A model generated the notes under the pieces. That model had not been told where the DNA came from. It ran no database searches and worked only from the letters and a program-made list of their open reading frames with translations. 64,000 nucleotides of DNA from an uncultured virus (IMG/VR IMGVR_UViG_3300031951_000036) (lineage: Duplodnaviria; Heunggongvirae; Uroviricota; Caudoviricetes): IMG/VR virus record IMGVR_UViG_3300031951_000036. One strand, given 5' to 3'. The translations under genes and the position numbers were made by a program. Below are positions 31,301 to 39,311 of the stretch, piece after piece (the stretch's first letter is position 1; every line of letters begins with the position of its first letter).

Positions 31301-33221
31301 CTTCTTCAAACTGCTTCTTAGCGTTGGCTATGGGGTTTTCTGCCGGGTTGTTCTTATATGTAGAATTGACGGCTGCATCATTCATGGCATCCAATCCTTT
31401 GGTAGCCAAAGCTGTAGGGATACGGATTACCGATCCAGTCAGCGCACCCATCAAGAATGTTTTCAAACCTTGCTTGGAAAACTGGTCTGCAAACCCTTCT
31501 CCAAATGCATCTACTAATGAAGACTCTACTCCTTTGGCGCGGGCTACATAGTAGTCACGCCAAGCAGACGCAGATGCTTCCTGTAAGTTTTCCTGGATAC
31601 CTTCTGTAACTTCAAAGCGTGCAAAGTCTTTGACAAATGCTTTACCAAACTGGTACGCTGCTTCGCGCTTTCCAAAGTCTTTTACTACTTCACCGACTGC
31701 CCCGTATGCACCAAAAAAACCTTTCTTATACACTTCCGTTCTCAGCTTGCCGGTAACAATATCGCGTGCTTCCACTGTTAACATTTTCTCTGCGCTTTCT
31801 TCCAGCGCATCGCGCATGAACTTGTTAGCGGGAGTGAACCTGTTAAACAGATTACCAAACTGCAATTTGTTGGTAACCATCAGAATTGCCAGGTTGGTAT
31901 TGTAGTTTCCACCGGCAGCTTCACCCGCCAGTTTTTGCATATTGGCAAACTCCGCAGCAGATGGTGCTTGACCATTATGTTCTGCTTTGTATTGCTGTAC
32001 CATTTTATCCAGGGAGTCACCATAGGTACTCACGGCTTCAAACGACGCCTCTGTAGCACTCATGTTCATCTCTTGCGCCAGACGTCTGACACCTTGGAGT
32101 GTCATTCCGGTTAGCTCAAACGCATTGCGTCCTGCCTGCACCCCGGCTGCAATCTTTTCTCCATAGCGGATACCTGTACCTAACAGAGGCGTACCCTTTA
32201 GTACATTACCTGCCAGCTCACCAATACCCTTGCTCTTCCACATATTGTTGACGTTACCGCTCCAGATGGTGAATGTTTCTCCCATAGCGTCCGCCATGCG
32301 AGAACTAAACCCACGGCTAGCAGCAGCAAGGTCTCCTGCAGCTTCCATCTCTTTGGTAATCTTAGCTGACGCTCTAATCGCATCTGCAGTCTGATTAGCT
32401 TCCGTTGCTCCCTTAAGAATGTCAGTAAACGCATTACTCATAGAGAACCCTTTGGTTGCCATTTGCTCTGCTGTTTCTTCAACTGCTTCTTTGGCAACTT
32501 TCTTAGCCGCACCTTTTATACCCAGCCTGCCTAATGTAGCAGCAAAACTTCCTACACCTAAACCCCCTGATAAATAAGTAATTGCAGCATCTGCCGCCAG
32601 TTCAAGACCCAATGCGCTAAATGTGCCCAAAGCAAAACCAGAGTTGGCAATCATATCAGAAGCCATCTTCTTGGAGAAAATAGCTTCTTCATCTTCTTTA
32701 GACACAAACACAAAGTTCTTGTTCATGTCTATCTGGTCCTGGTAGTACTGGTCGATCATGGTAGACTCGTCTGGGCGCATCTTGCTCCAGTCTGCTGAGA
32801 ACAAGGCATCTGCCATACGTCCATAATCTTTCCACCAGTCAGTAAAGGTGTTACCAAAACGGTAACCAGCAGAATCAAATCCTTTAGACAGCGCTGACCC
32901 CCAGGTCTCTTGGTCTATCTTACGCTGATAATTGTATGAGTCATTGGGTGAAAAACCTGCTCCAGTAAAATCTTCCTGTTGTATATACTTGTCTACATCA
33001 TTGGCATCCCAGTATTGAGTACCCGGTGACTGGGCGTTAGTATACCGCTGAAACAGCGTCTGAGAAGGAGGTGTGTAGTTTTGCTTTACTGAAGATTGTA
33101 ACGCACTACTCATTGCAGCGCTAAATGGGTCAGTACCCGCTGCTGGTGGTGTTCCACTAATCTGTGAGTCCGCAAATTGCCCCAGCGATGGGAGCTCGTT
33201 TTGTTCCATTTCCTCCGCCAT
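28392..33221 (-). CDS. Giant virion (ejected) protein with N-terminal hydrophobic segments and an acidic C-terminal region
   Basis: 1609 aa, directly upstream of vRNAP. GFALGTFSALGLELAADAAITYLSGGLGVGSFAATLG, EGIQENLQ motif, FLMGALTG. Confidence 0.8.
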   Translation of the reverse strand: MAEEMEQNELPSLGQFADSQISGTPPAAGTDPFSAAMSSALQSSVKQNYTPPSQTLFQRYTNAQSPGTQYWDANDVDKYIQQEDFTGAGFSPNDSYNYQRKIDQETWGSALSKGFDSAGYRFGNTFTDWWKDYGRMADALFSADWSKMRPDESTMIDQYYQDQIDMNKNFVFVSKEDEEAIFSKKMASDMIANSGFALGTFSALGLELAADAAITYLSGGLGVGSFAATLGRLGIKGAAKKVAKEAVEETAEQMATKGFSMSNAFTDILKGATEANQTADAIRASAKITKEMEAAGDLAAASRGFSSRMADAMGETFTIWSGNVNNMWKSKGIGELAGNVLKGTPLLGTGIRYGEKIAAGVQAGRNAFELTGMTLQGVRRLAQEMNMSATEASFEAVSTYGDSLDKMVQQYKAEHNGQAPSAAEFANMQKLAGEAAGGNYNTNLAILMVTNKLQFGNLFNRFTPANKFMRDALEESAEKMLTVEARDIVTGKLRTEVYKKGFFGAYGAVGEVVKDFGKREAAYQFGKAFVKDFARFEVTEGIQENLQEASASAWRDYYVARAKGVESSLVDAFGEGFADQFSKQGLKTFLMGALTGSVIRIPTALATKGLDAMNDAAVNSTYKNNPAENPIANAKKQFEEDFNTLKSMYSQMSKGQFEQKLYNFVNQMEASQEMAAAAAQGKRYEFENGKDNALLSAVLAAQRTNSIKAFQQAVRNSGMEMTAEEFEKAYGIKLSETKYATPEEFSNKIADDIGRYAKMIDGIKRKVGVLSDPMRFESGTSGQYMAAMQRKAEEEAIHTLALNMIKADMTIDRAQKLAQEMRSTPGLAGSADYAVRVMTDSDVLVAEIGNIMSEIKLMEDQIRAEGLTPDMKADLVKQMESKKKRRDYLERWMRYWVAEKQADGTTRMQFRGQEKGKAKDQHASGDGTTVESVEYDMKDPQVFEAFKEVMKLMNQEAGLNAEMSETVAQETFDKLVDYIQLDADSKAFLNSVDVLFNRNRFGNLLRNMTDGQFKYMLINYVDNILELVKAHAGNLIIRVGEDNEGTQASIIIEMAQFIMSHEAFKNLETLALDPNIGVKSQEYARKQEMALAEAIAKKMTEYYDQYLNKQNYGDISDDDYLTFKQTGELPWINLVGIARKIYEELQTLSEEDQAKATTFKTLSERETEVYTKYKKLVDPVVQEYMEAGAPKKAEAATEEKSTTTATPRAAKNADDDEEEDDEEVDDAEEIINANSNTDTLDGGRYKMVEDPALKWFGILDTETGDYWYDPETGMALWAEDKAEAEAKVAELNGGTPPASGGAASTASVPLMITKDMRQQLYDLGYSRSDVDAMKPEEANDILKNSTVKPQPAGATTNTAGAGMSSSDPKPAEEEEDDDDAEGGRSIDEIMKRMGGKPAEEETEEEPFEVEDTDEGFNVVDTNGDAVNGDPIATEEEATELKDSLVNTRSDIEVARDFLGVDSSAGQDAEFVRRGRLSMEKANAKHGTTHKNLQDYAATSRGRSALRTVATNVRKIQATDAPGEKPIVVSSEKTEVVDQFNTPSTGTATVLTLESLKQLDSKVQEFKAKVSEGAPEISKFVEEDTSTKISAPGVTMQELVDILNDIHACS

Positions 33222-33223
33222 GG

Positions 33224-35896
33224 TTAGTCTTTATAAGGTACAACAGGTTCTGTAGCCGTGTTGTCATCATGTTTTGCTTTGTTAGACATGTATTTTTCAT
33301 ACATATCAGAAATCACGCGCTGTGCGCTAACGTAACTTTCAGGATTGCCTGGGTTGTCAATCTTTTGAAACACATACTGTGTCTCGTCCTTCTTAGTAGA
33401 AGGGTTAAAATACTTAAAGGTCATTCCCAATCCATACGCACCTGTATTGTCTTCTACACCTGTAATAGCATAATCAAATCCTGCACGCTCCATATAAGAA
33501 GGAGCTTCTATGTAGGCGTTGCGATTGGTCATGAATGCACTAAGAGAACCCAGTGATGTTGGATTAACAGAGTTCTTGTTCATGTACTTGGCAATATCAC
33601 CCAATGCAGCTGAATTAGCTTGCACATAAGAATATGGCAATTCCACGGTCACTGCATCTCCGCTGGTTATCTTTAACTTGCCAGCAGTAGTAGAACCTGG
33701 ATCTACTTTCATAACAATGCGAACCTTCTCAGACTGTGGCATGAATGTCACCTGAGCACTGCCTCCAAACAAATCCTTAATGGCGCTAGGTGCCATCTTA
33801 GCCAAATCTTCCGGTGCAATCTTAGTTCCATCTGAGGTGGTTACAGATGCTGCAGAGTTCACCGCAGCGTCAGCAATACTATACATCATACCTGCTGGAA
33901 TACCATTGTACTGAAGTACATCTCCAGAGGTGCGGGCACGCTTTGTAAACTCATCATCAATGACATTCTTCAGGTAATCCTTCTTGCTTACATCTAGTCC
34001 GCTAATATCATACATAGGTGTGCCATCTGGTAAATAACCTATCTGACGTACTGCTTCAAAACCAGGACGAATGCGTCCATACTCATCCGCCACAACACCC
34101 TGAATCTTTTTCATGTTGGCGTTCAATTGCTCACGCTGTGTCATCAGAGTGGTCATACCGCTAAGAGCTGTATCAAATGACGGCATCATAGCAGCAATCT
34201 CCTTGGTCTTACCCTGCTTTGAATAATAGCTGACGTAATCACGGGCTGTCTCATACGTACCAGCCGCCAGATTATCCAGCAAAGATTTAGCATACCCTGC
34301 ATTGTTGCTTACGTCATACACTTCTGTACCTGTTTTATTACCCAGGTCTATCAAGATTTCTCTGTCTTGATCAGACAATTGACCTTGACCAGTTTGAGCA
34401 ATGGTCTGCACTTTCTTCAAAACGGCATAATACTTACCATGGTTTGCAGACCCAACAATCATATTCACCAACCCATTATTTGCACCAAACGCACTGTTGA
34501 ATAATTCATTAGAGTTTTGCGCCATGCTTTGCTGCAATACGTCTGCACCAGTCTTGTCAGTAGTTTCTGTAAACTGCCCCAAGTATTGCTGAGTGGGTAT
34601 CTTCCCGTCTGCTGCCAGCTTTAGCATATCCATCTCTCGTCTTCCTGCCTCAAAGCGTTCATCTTGCTCGTACTTCATCTTAAACTTCTTCCACTCCATA
34701 GCACGGTTGGCAGCAGCAATGTTTTCCTGGCTTTGAATGCGCCATTTACTCAGCACCGTTTCATCGCTCTTCATCTCAAACTTCATCTTGGCATTGCTAT
34801 ATCCAACTGCCCAGTCTCTTGTCACTGCATCCTTGGCGTTTTGCGCAAACAGTGTATGTATATTTCCAGCAACCCAGTCAGCACCATTTTGTTGTAAACT
34901 AGATATGCCAGTGGTTAAATTGGCAACTTCATTTTTATGAGCATCCCTGTCTGCTACAAGTTTTTCATAGTCTTGCACTTTAGACTGAGGAATACCCTTA
35001 GGATAGTTTTTCTTAAACAATGCCAACTCATCCTCTAAACTCTTCAGGTCTTTGTTGACGGCATTGAGTTGTGACGTTTGCGTATTCAATAGCTGTTCCG
35101 CCATTTGAGATGACACCTGTTTTAACGCCTGGTCGCGTCCGACACCCTGACTGCTCATAGTGCTTCTGACAGCTGTCTCTGCATCTACCCAACCAGCCTG
35201 GTTAATCTGACGATCAAAACGATTGCCCATGGTGTTCTTAGCCCACTGGTTAAATGCTGCATGAGACATCTTTCCATTGGTCTGGGTGATGATATACCCA
35301 CGGCCATCTGCCTGGGAAACTGTCACTTCAATGCCCTGGTCTTTAGCTGCCTTGTTCAAGTATGCGGCAATATCTTCCTGAGGTACAAAATCTATAGGTT
35401 GTATTTTGGTAATTGAACCGTCACCGCGTAATCCTTTGCGCAGATCATCTTTGACAAACTGAATACCACGCACACTTTTTTCATTATAACGTGCACGTTG
35501 TTCTGGATCCTGGCTGTTCTTGTATTGCTCAGCCAACTGCTCTTGCTGCTTTAAATAATTAGTAACACCCATGTCATACGCAAGCTCGCGGTCTTTGCTG
35601 ATGGGGTCCATCAGTTCCATAGCGCGCATAACATTGGTAGGATTAGACAGATCTATACCTGCCGTGCTTTTCATAGCACCCTGCAACTTCTTTAGTACTT
35701 CCTGGCGGTAAAGTTCATTAGACTCACTGCTCAGCGGAGCATTGAGCATAGAGTTATATAAGCTCTTGACCATGTTAAAGCCACGGTCATACTCTGCCTG
35801 CTTAGTTCCATACACTTGTGTAAGAAATGCGTAGTCAGGTTTATAAACCTGTACAGGGGTGATTTCATCGGTTACGCCTTGTAGGAAAGTAGCCAT
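33224..35896 (-). CDS. Virion cargo / internal protein
   Basis: 890 aa, helical, no Cys seen; coupled to neighbours (TAATG at 35896). Confidence 0.75.
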   Translation of the reverse strand: MATFLQGVTDEITPVQVYKPDYAFLTQVYGTKQAEYDRGFNMVKSLYNSMLNAPLSSESNELYRQEVLKKLQGAMKSTAGIDLSNPTNVMRAMELMDPISKDRELAYDMGVTNYLKQQEQLAEQYKNSQDPEQRARYNEKSVRGIQFVKDDLRKGLRGDGSITKIQPIDFVPQEDIAAYLNKAAKDQGIEVTVSQADGRGYIITQTNGKMSHAAFNQWAKNTMGNRFDRQINQAGWVDAETAVRSTMSSQGVGRDQALKQVSSQMAEQLLNTQTSQLNAVNKDLKSLEDELALFKKNYPKGIPQSKVQDYEKLVADRDAHKNEVANLTTGISSLQQNGADWVAGNIHTLFAQNAKDAVTRDWAVGYSNAKMKFEMKSDETVLSKWRIQSQENIAAANRAMEWKKFKMKYEQDERFEAGRREMDMLKLAADGKIPTQQYLGQFTETTDKTGADVLQQSMAQNSNELFNSAFGANNGLVNMIVGSANHGKYYAVLKKVQTIAQTGQGQLSDQDREILIDLGNKTGTEVYDVSNNAGYAKSLLDNLAAGTYETARDYVSYYSKQGKTKEIAAMMPSFDTALSGMTTLMTQREQLNANMKKIQGVVADEYGRIRPGFEAVRQIGYLPDGTPMYDISGLDVSKKDYLKNVIDDEFTKRARTSGDVLQYNGIPAGMMYSIADAAVNSAASVTTSDGTKIAPEDLAKMAPSAIKDLFGGSAQVTFMPQSEKVRIVMKVDPGSTTAGKLKITSGDAVTVELPYSYVQANSAALGDIAKYMNKNSVNPTSLGSLSAFMTNRNAYIEAPSYMERAGFDYAITGVEDNTGAYGLGMTFKYFNPSTKKDETQYVFQKIDNPGNPESYVSAQRVISDMYEKYMSNKAKHDDNTATEPVVPYKD

Positions 35897-38800
35897 TATT
35901 TTTTCTTAGCGTTATTTAACATGTAAAACAAGTCTTCTATGGTAATCGCCCCACCTGTAGCATATTGTGGTGTGAAACCTCCTGGATAGCCCATGCTGGC
36001 AGAAGGGTCTATGTACTGCATTGCGTTGGGGTTACTGCGCACCAATTGATTGTACTGTGACATCTTTTGTAATGCCAGCTTTTCTGCCTGCTCTTTACCA
36101 TACTTGGGTAACAGTTCATTGTAGTACTTATCGTACAACTGAATATCTGCATCACTCATAGCAGCGGCTGCTGTCATTTGTGGTGAACCAGCGCGACCGC
36201 GTCCGGCTGCTCCCATACCTCCCATGTAGGGATTTTGGTATAAGTCAGGCATGCTCCAGTCACGACCTACACCACTATACTCTGCGTCAAAACTGATAGG
36301 GTCAATATATACCTGCGGTGTTATTACCTGCTGCAACTTCTTACGCTGCCAGTTGGTCATCCCTGCTTTCAATGCCTCTAGACGATTGGTCTGTAATCTA
36401 TTTTGAGAGTTGTCAAACTGTTGATTGCCAATAGCACTTTCTCTGACGTACTTATCACGTAAACCTGCATTGATCTGGCGCTCCTGGTTCTCAATGCCCG
36501 TATTCTCTCTGCTGTTTTGTGTTGCCATCATTGAGTTTTGATTCTCAATCTGGCTGATCACATTAGCAGCGTTCTGAAACGAGTCACCGCTGGCACCCAA
36601 AGCTGAGGCCATAGCCACATTACCATCAGCTGAGTTAGCCGCCAAGTTCATGAACTGGTTCTGCATCTGCTGAATGTTGGCCACCTGTGCGTCTTTTTTC
36701 AAAGGCGTGTACTCGCTGGTCATTAAATCCAGCTGCTGCATCATAGGCTCATACTTGTTCACCCCACGCGTCATCGCGTCAGTAAACGTAAGAATGTCCT
36801 GTGCCCACCATGGTCCTCCGCGCTTGACAGGAGCCTGCTCAAAGTTTTGAGGTGTAGCTACACACCCGGCATCTGCTTCAGCACGTGAGTTATACTGAGT
36901 AACAGTCTTACCAGAAGGTGCAGTAGGTGCACCTGCTTCTGGATACTCTACCTCTTGTACACTGCGCGTTCCGTTTTCAGACTCTACACAGTAATAAGCC
37001 TTTTTCATCCCAGGCTTGGGTGTTTCATCTTTAGGGGGAGGCGGTGTGCTTTTAGTAGTTTTAAAAAAGCGAGGTACAGAATACGTCACCTGCCCAAACT
37101 TACTATCGCGGCTATATGGGTTATTTGCATCAGGAGTCTTTGCAAAATAACTTTTGCCAAATTCAGACTCTGTGAACTCATTAATTCTGTCTTGAAACCA
37201 TCCCGCAGCTGCGTCACCAGATTGAGGTGAAGACATTAAGTCTTTTTTAAACGCCTCAAATCCCTTACCGCTTGCGCTCTCATAAGACTGGTCAATCCAG
37301 TCACCATGACGATTATAAAAGTCTTTCCACTCCTCTTCACTTAATCCTCCTTCTGTGCGATTTTTAGCATTGTTGCTAGATAAGTAAATACCTGTATTAC
37401 CTGAACGACCTTGCGTACCAAAAGTTCCAAACTGCGTGTTGGTGTAAATGGTGTTAGGTTGACTTTTTACAATCTCTTCAATACTTTGACTACCATACTG
37501 ACTAAAGTTTTTACCATCAATATCTGTACGCTTGGAACTGGCTACCACTTCACCTTTCTCATTCTTGGCAATTTTCATATCACCTTTGTAGTAAATGGTT
37601 AGCTTTGTGCCATCTTCTAGTACTGTTTCTCCCACCTTCTGCTCTACATTGGGATCAGGCTTATCTGTTTTACCTTCTTGGTATTTAGGCAGATAACCGC
37701 CATAGGCAAAATCTTTTAGTGCGTCCTGTGCTGTCTTTGGTTTACCTGCTGCTTTTTGCTTTTGGGGCTGCGCTTGTGATTGAGATTGAGATTGTGTTTT
37801 TTGTGCTCCTGCATTAGGATTCAAAGACCTAGCACCAGCAGGTACCCCTGACTGTAAAGAAGAATTATTATTTTGTGTAGCTTGTTGTTGTACAGGAATC
37901 TGAGATGATTGCTGCTGCATGGAGTTACCCATCATTGCATTATACTCTGACAACGGAATCAATGTCTGTCCAAACTTAGTGTCAAAATAAGAACCTATAT
38001 TTTGATCAGGGTCCGTAAGCTGCTGAACACGCACAGCTCTTCTATCGCTATTGTCATCAGTTCCATAAGGACTGTATACATTGCCATCAAGTACTCTGTA
38101 TTTCTTATTACCCTGCATAAATTCAAAGCCAGCTTGTAAATGTGCAGGAGTCTGCTGTTGTTGTTGCGTCGGCTGCCAAGAAAAGTTTAAAGTATTAATT
38201 TTAACACCTCTTCCTACTTCAGTAGGCTGTCGGTCTTGATTCCACCACCCAAGATTTTCTAATGCTGTATAATGACTAGGTGCAATAGCGTTATCTTCAT
38301 AAGCCATGTCTAGTTTACCGTTCATCACCAATTTGTAAAAGTCATCCATGGTCATTTCAGTCATGGCCTCCCTGTTACCATAGTGGTCAGTCATAATAAT
38401 TGGTTTAGCAAACTTTACCCACTCATCCCCAAAAAATCCTTGATAACGGCTAGTAACACCATTTTCAATACCGTTAATGTAAAACTTGCTACCTACCTTA
38501 CCTGCATCCTGATACTTTTTTAACCCACCATATTGCATCATTTGTGTCATGCTTTCCTGTGCGGAAGTGCCTTGATTAGACATCTGCTGTTGCTGAGCAG
38601 CAGGGTCAAACATAGCAGGGTCCATACCCAGGCCTATTGCTGCAGATTCTGCAATAGCAGGAATGCCATCAGGAAATCCTTTCATAGACTCTTGGATTAA
38701 TGCCAATACGCCCAGCTTGTCCAGGTTGTTCTTTAGCATCTCAGAAGCACTACGCTTTTGAATGCTATCCGCCCTGTCGTCTTTTAACGTGGCAACATGC

Positions 38801-39207
38801 TCGTTGATTTGGTAGCGCTTGGCTATTTCTGCAGGTGTGTATCCGCCTTTCTTCTCAGTAAGACCAAACACTTTAGTCACTACGTCTTTGTCTTTAATGC
38901 GCAGCTTGCGGGTGTTGGAATAGATAAAAGAACCGGCAGGAACATCCACTGGTGTTCCACCTTGTGAGTGAGGCTTACCTCCAAAAGTAAACAACTCAAG
39001 GAATCCGTCCTGGTTGGTATCACCTACCACCACTTCTCCACGCTCTACTTCTATAGACGCCTCTTCGCGAGGCACGGGTCCCATGGTGGTTTTCACTTCA
39101 TCTTCAGTGTTACCTGCCATACCTGTGTTACGATAGCGGCTGTCGTAGAAACTATAGTCTACTTGATCACCCAACTTAGGGGCTGTCTTGATACGGATTC
39201 TTTGCAT
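35896..39207 (-). CDS. crAss-like cargo protein with GG-motif-separated modules
   Basis: N-terminal IEVERGEVV...GGKPHSQGGTPV...FIYS motif typical of crAss-like cargo proteins; Q-rich linkers; MQYGGLKKY, FAYGGYLPKY, YATGG. Confidence 0.75.
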   Translation of the reverse strand: MQRIRIKTAPKLGDQVDYSFYDSRYRNTGMAGNTEDEVKTTMGPVPREEASIEVERGEVVVGDTNQDGFLELFTFGGKPHSQGGTPVDVPAGSFIYSNTRKLRIKDKDVVTKVFGLTEKKGGYTPAEIAKRYQINEHVATLKDDRADSIQKRSASEMLKNNLDKLGVLALIQESMKGFPDGIPAIAESAAIGLGMDPAMFDPAAQQQQMSNQGTSAQESMTQMMQYGGLKKYQDAGKVGSKFYINGIENGVTSRYQGFFGDEWVKFAKPIIMTDHYGNREAMTEMTMDDFYKLVMNGKLDMAYEDNAIAPSHYTALENLGWWNQDRQPTEVGRGVKINTLNFSWQPTQQQQQTPAHLQAGFEFMQGNKKYRVLDGNVYSPYGTDDNSDRRAVRVQQLTDPDQNIGSYFDTKFGQTLIPLSEYNAMMGNSMQQQSSQIPVQQQATQNNNSSLQSGVPAGARSLNPNAGAQKTQSQSQSQAQPQKQKAAGKPKTAQDALKDFAYGGYLPKYQEGKTDKPDPNVEQKVGETVLEDGTKLTIYYKGDMKIAKNEKGEVVASSKRTDIDGKNFSQYGSQSIEEIVKSQPNTIYTNTQFGTFGTQGRSGNTGIYLSSNNAKNRTEGGLSEEEWKDFYNRHGDWIDQSYESASGKGFEAFKKDLMSSPQSGDAAAGWFQDRINEFTESEFGKSYFAKTPDANNPYSRDSKFGQVTYSVPRFFKTTKSTPPPPKDETPKPGMKKAYYCVESENGTRSVQEVEYPEAGAPTAPSGKTVTQYNSRAEADAGCVATPQNFEQAPVKRGGPWWAQDILTFTDAMTRGVNKYEPMMQQLDLMTSEYTPLKKDAQVANIQQMQNQFMNLAANSADGNVAMASALGASGDSFQNAANVISQIENQNSMMATQNSRENTGIENQERQINAGLRDKYVRESAIGNQQFDNSQNRLQTNRLEALKAGMTNWQRKKLQQVITPQVYIDPISFDAEYSGVGRDWSMPDLYQNPYMGGMGAAGRGRAGSPQMTAAAAMSDADIQLYDKYYNELLPKYGKEQAEKLALQKMSQYNQLVRSNPNAMQYIDPSASMGYPGGFTPQYATGGAITIEDLFYMLNNAKKK

Positions 39208-39246
39208 AAACTTTAGAAGTTTAAATAGGTAGGCGTGGTAAACATC

Positions 39247-39266
39247 TTACATTTAGAATTTACAAA
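39247..39266 (-). promoter_or_regulatory. Putative phage promoter, copy 3 (TTTGTAAATTCTAAATGTAA)
   Basis: 17/20 identical to each of the copies at 55744 and 63248; intergenic; same orientation. Confidence 0.65.
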
Positions 39267-39311
39267 TTTAATCGCAAACTTCCTACGCCCAACATGTTTT
39301 TGTAGAGGTTG

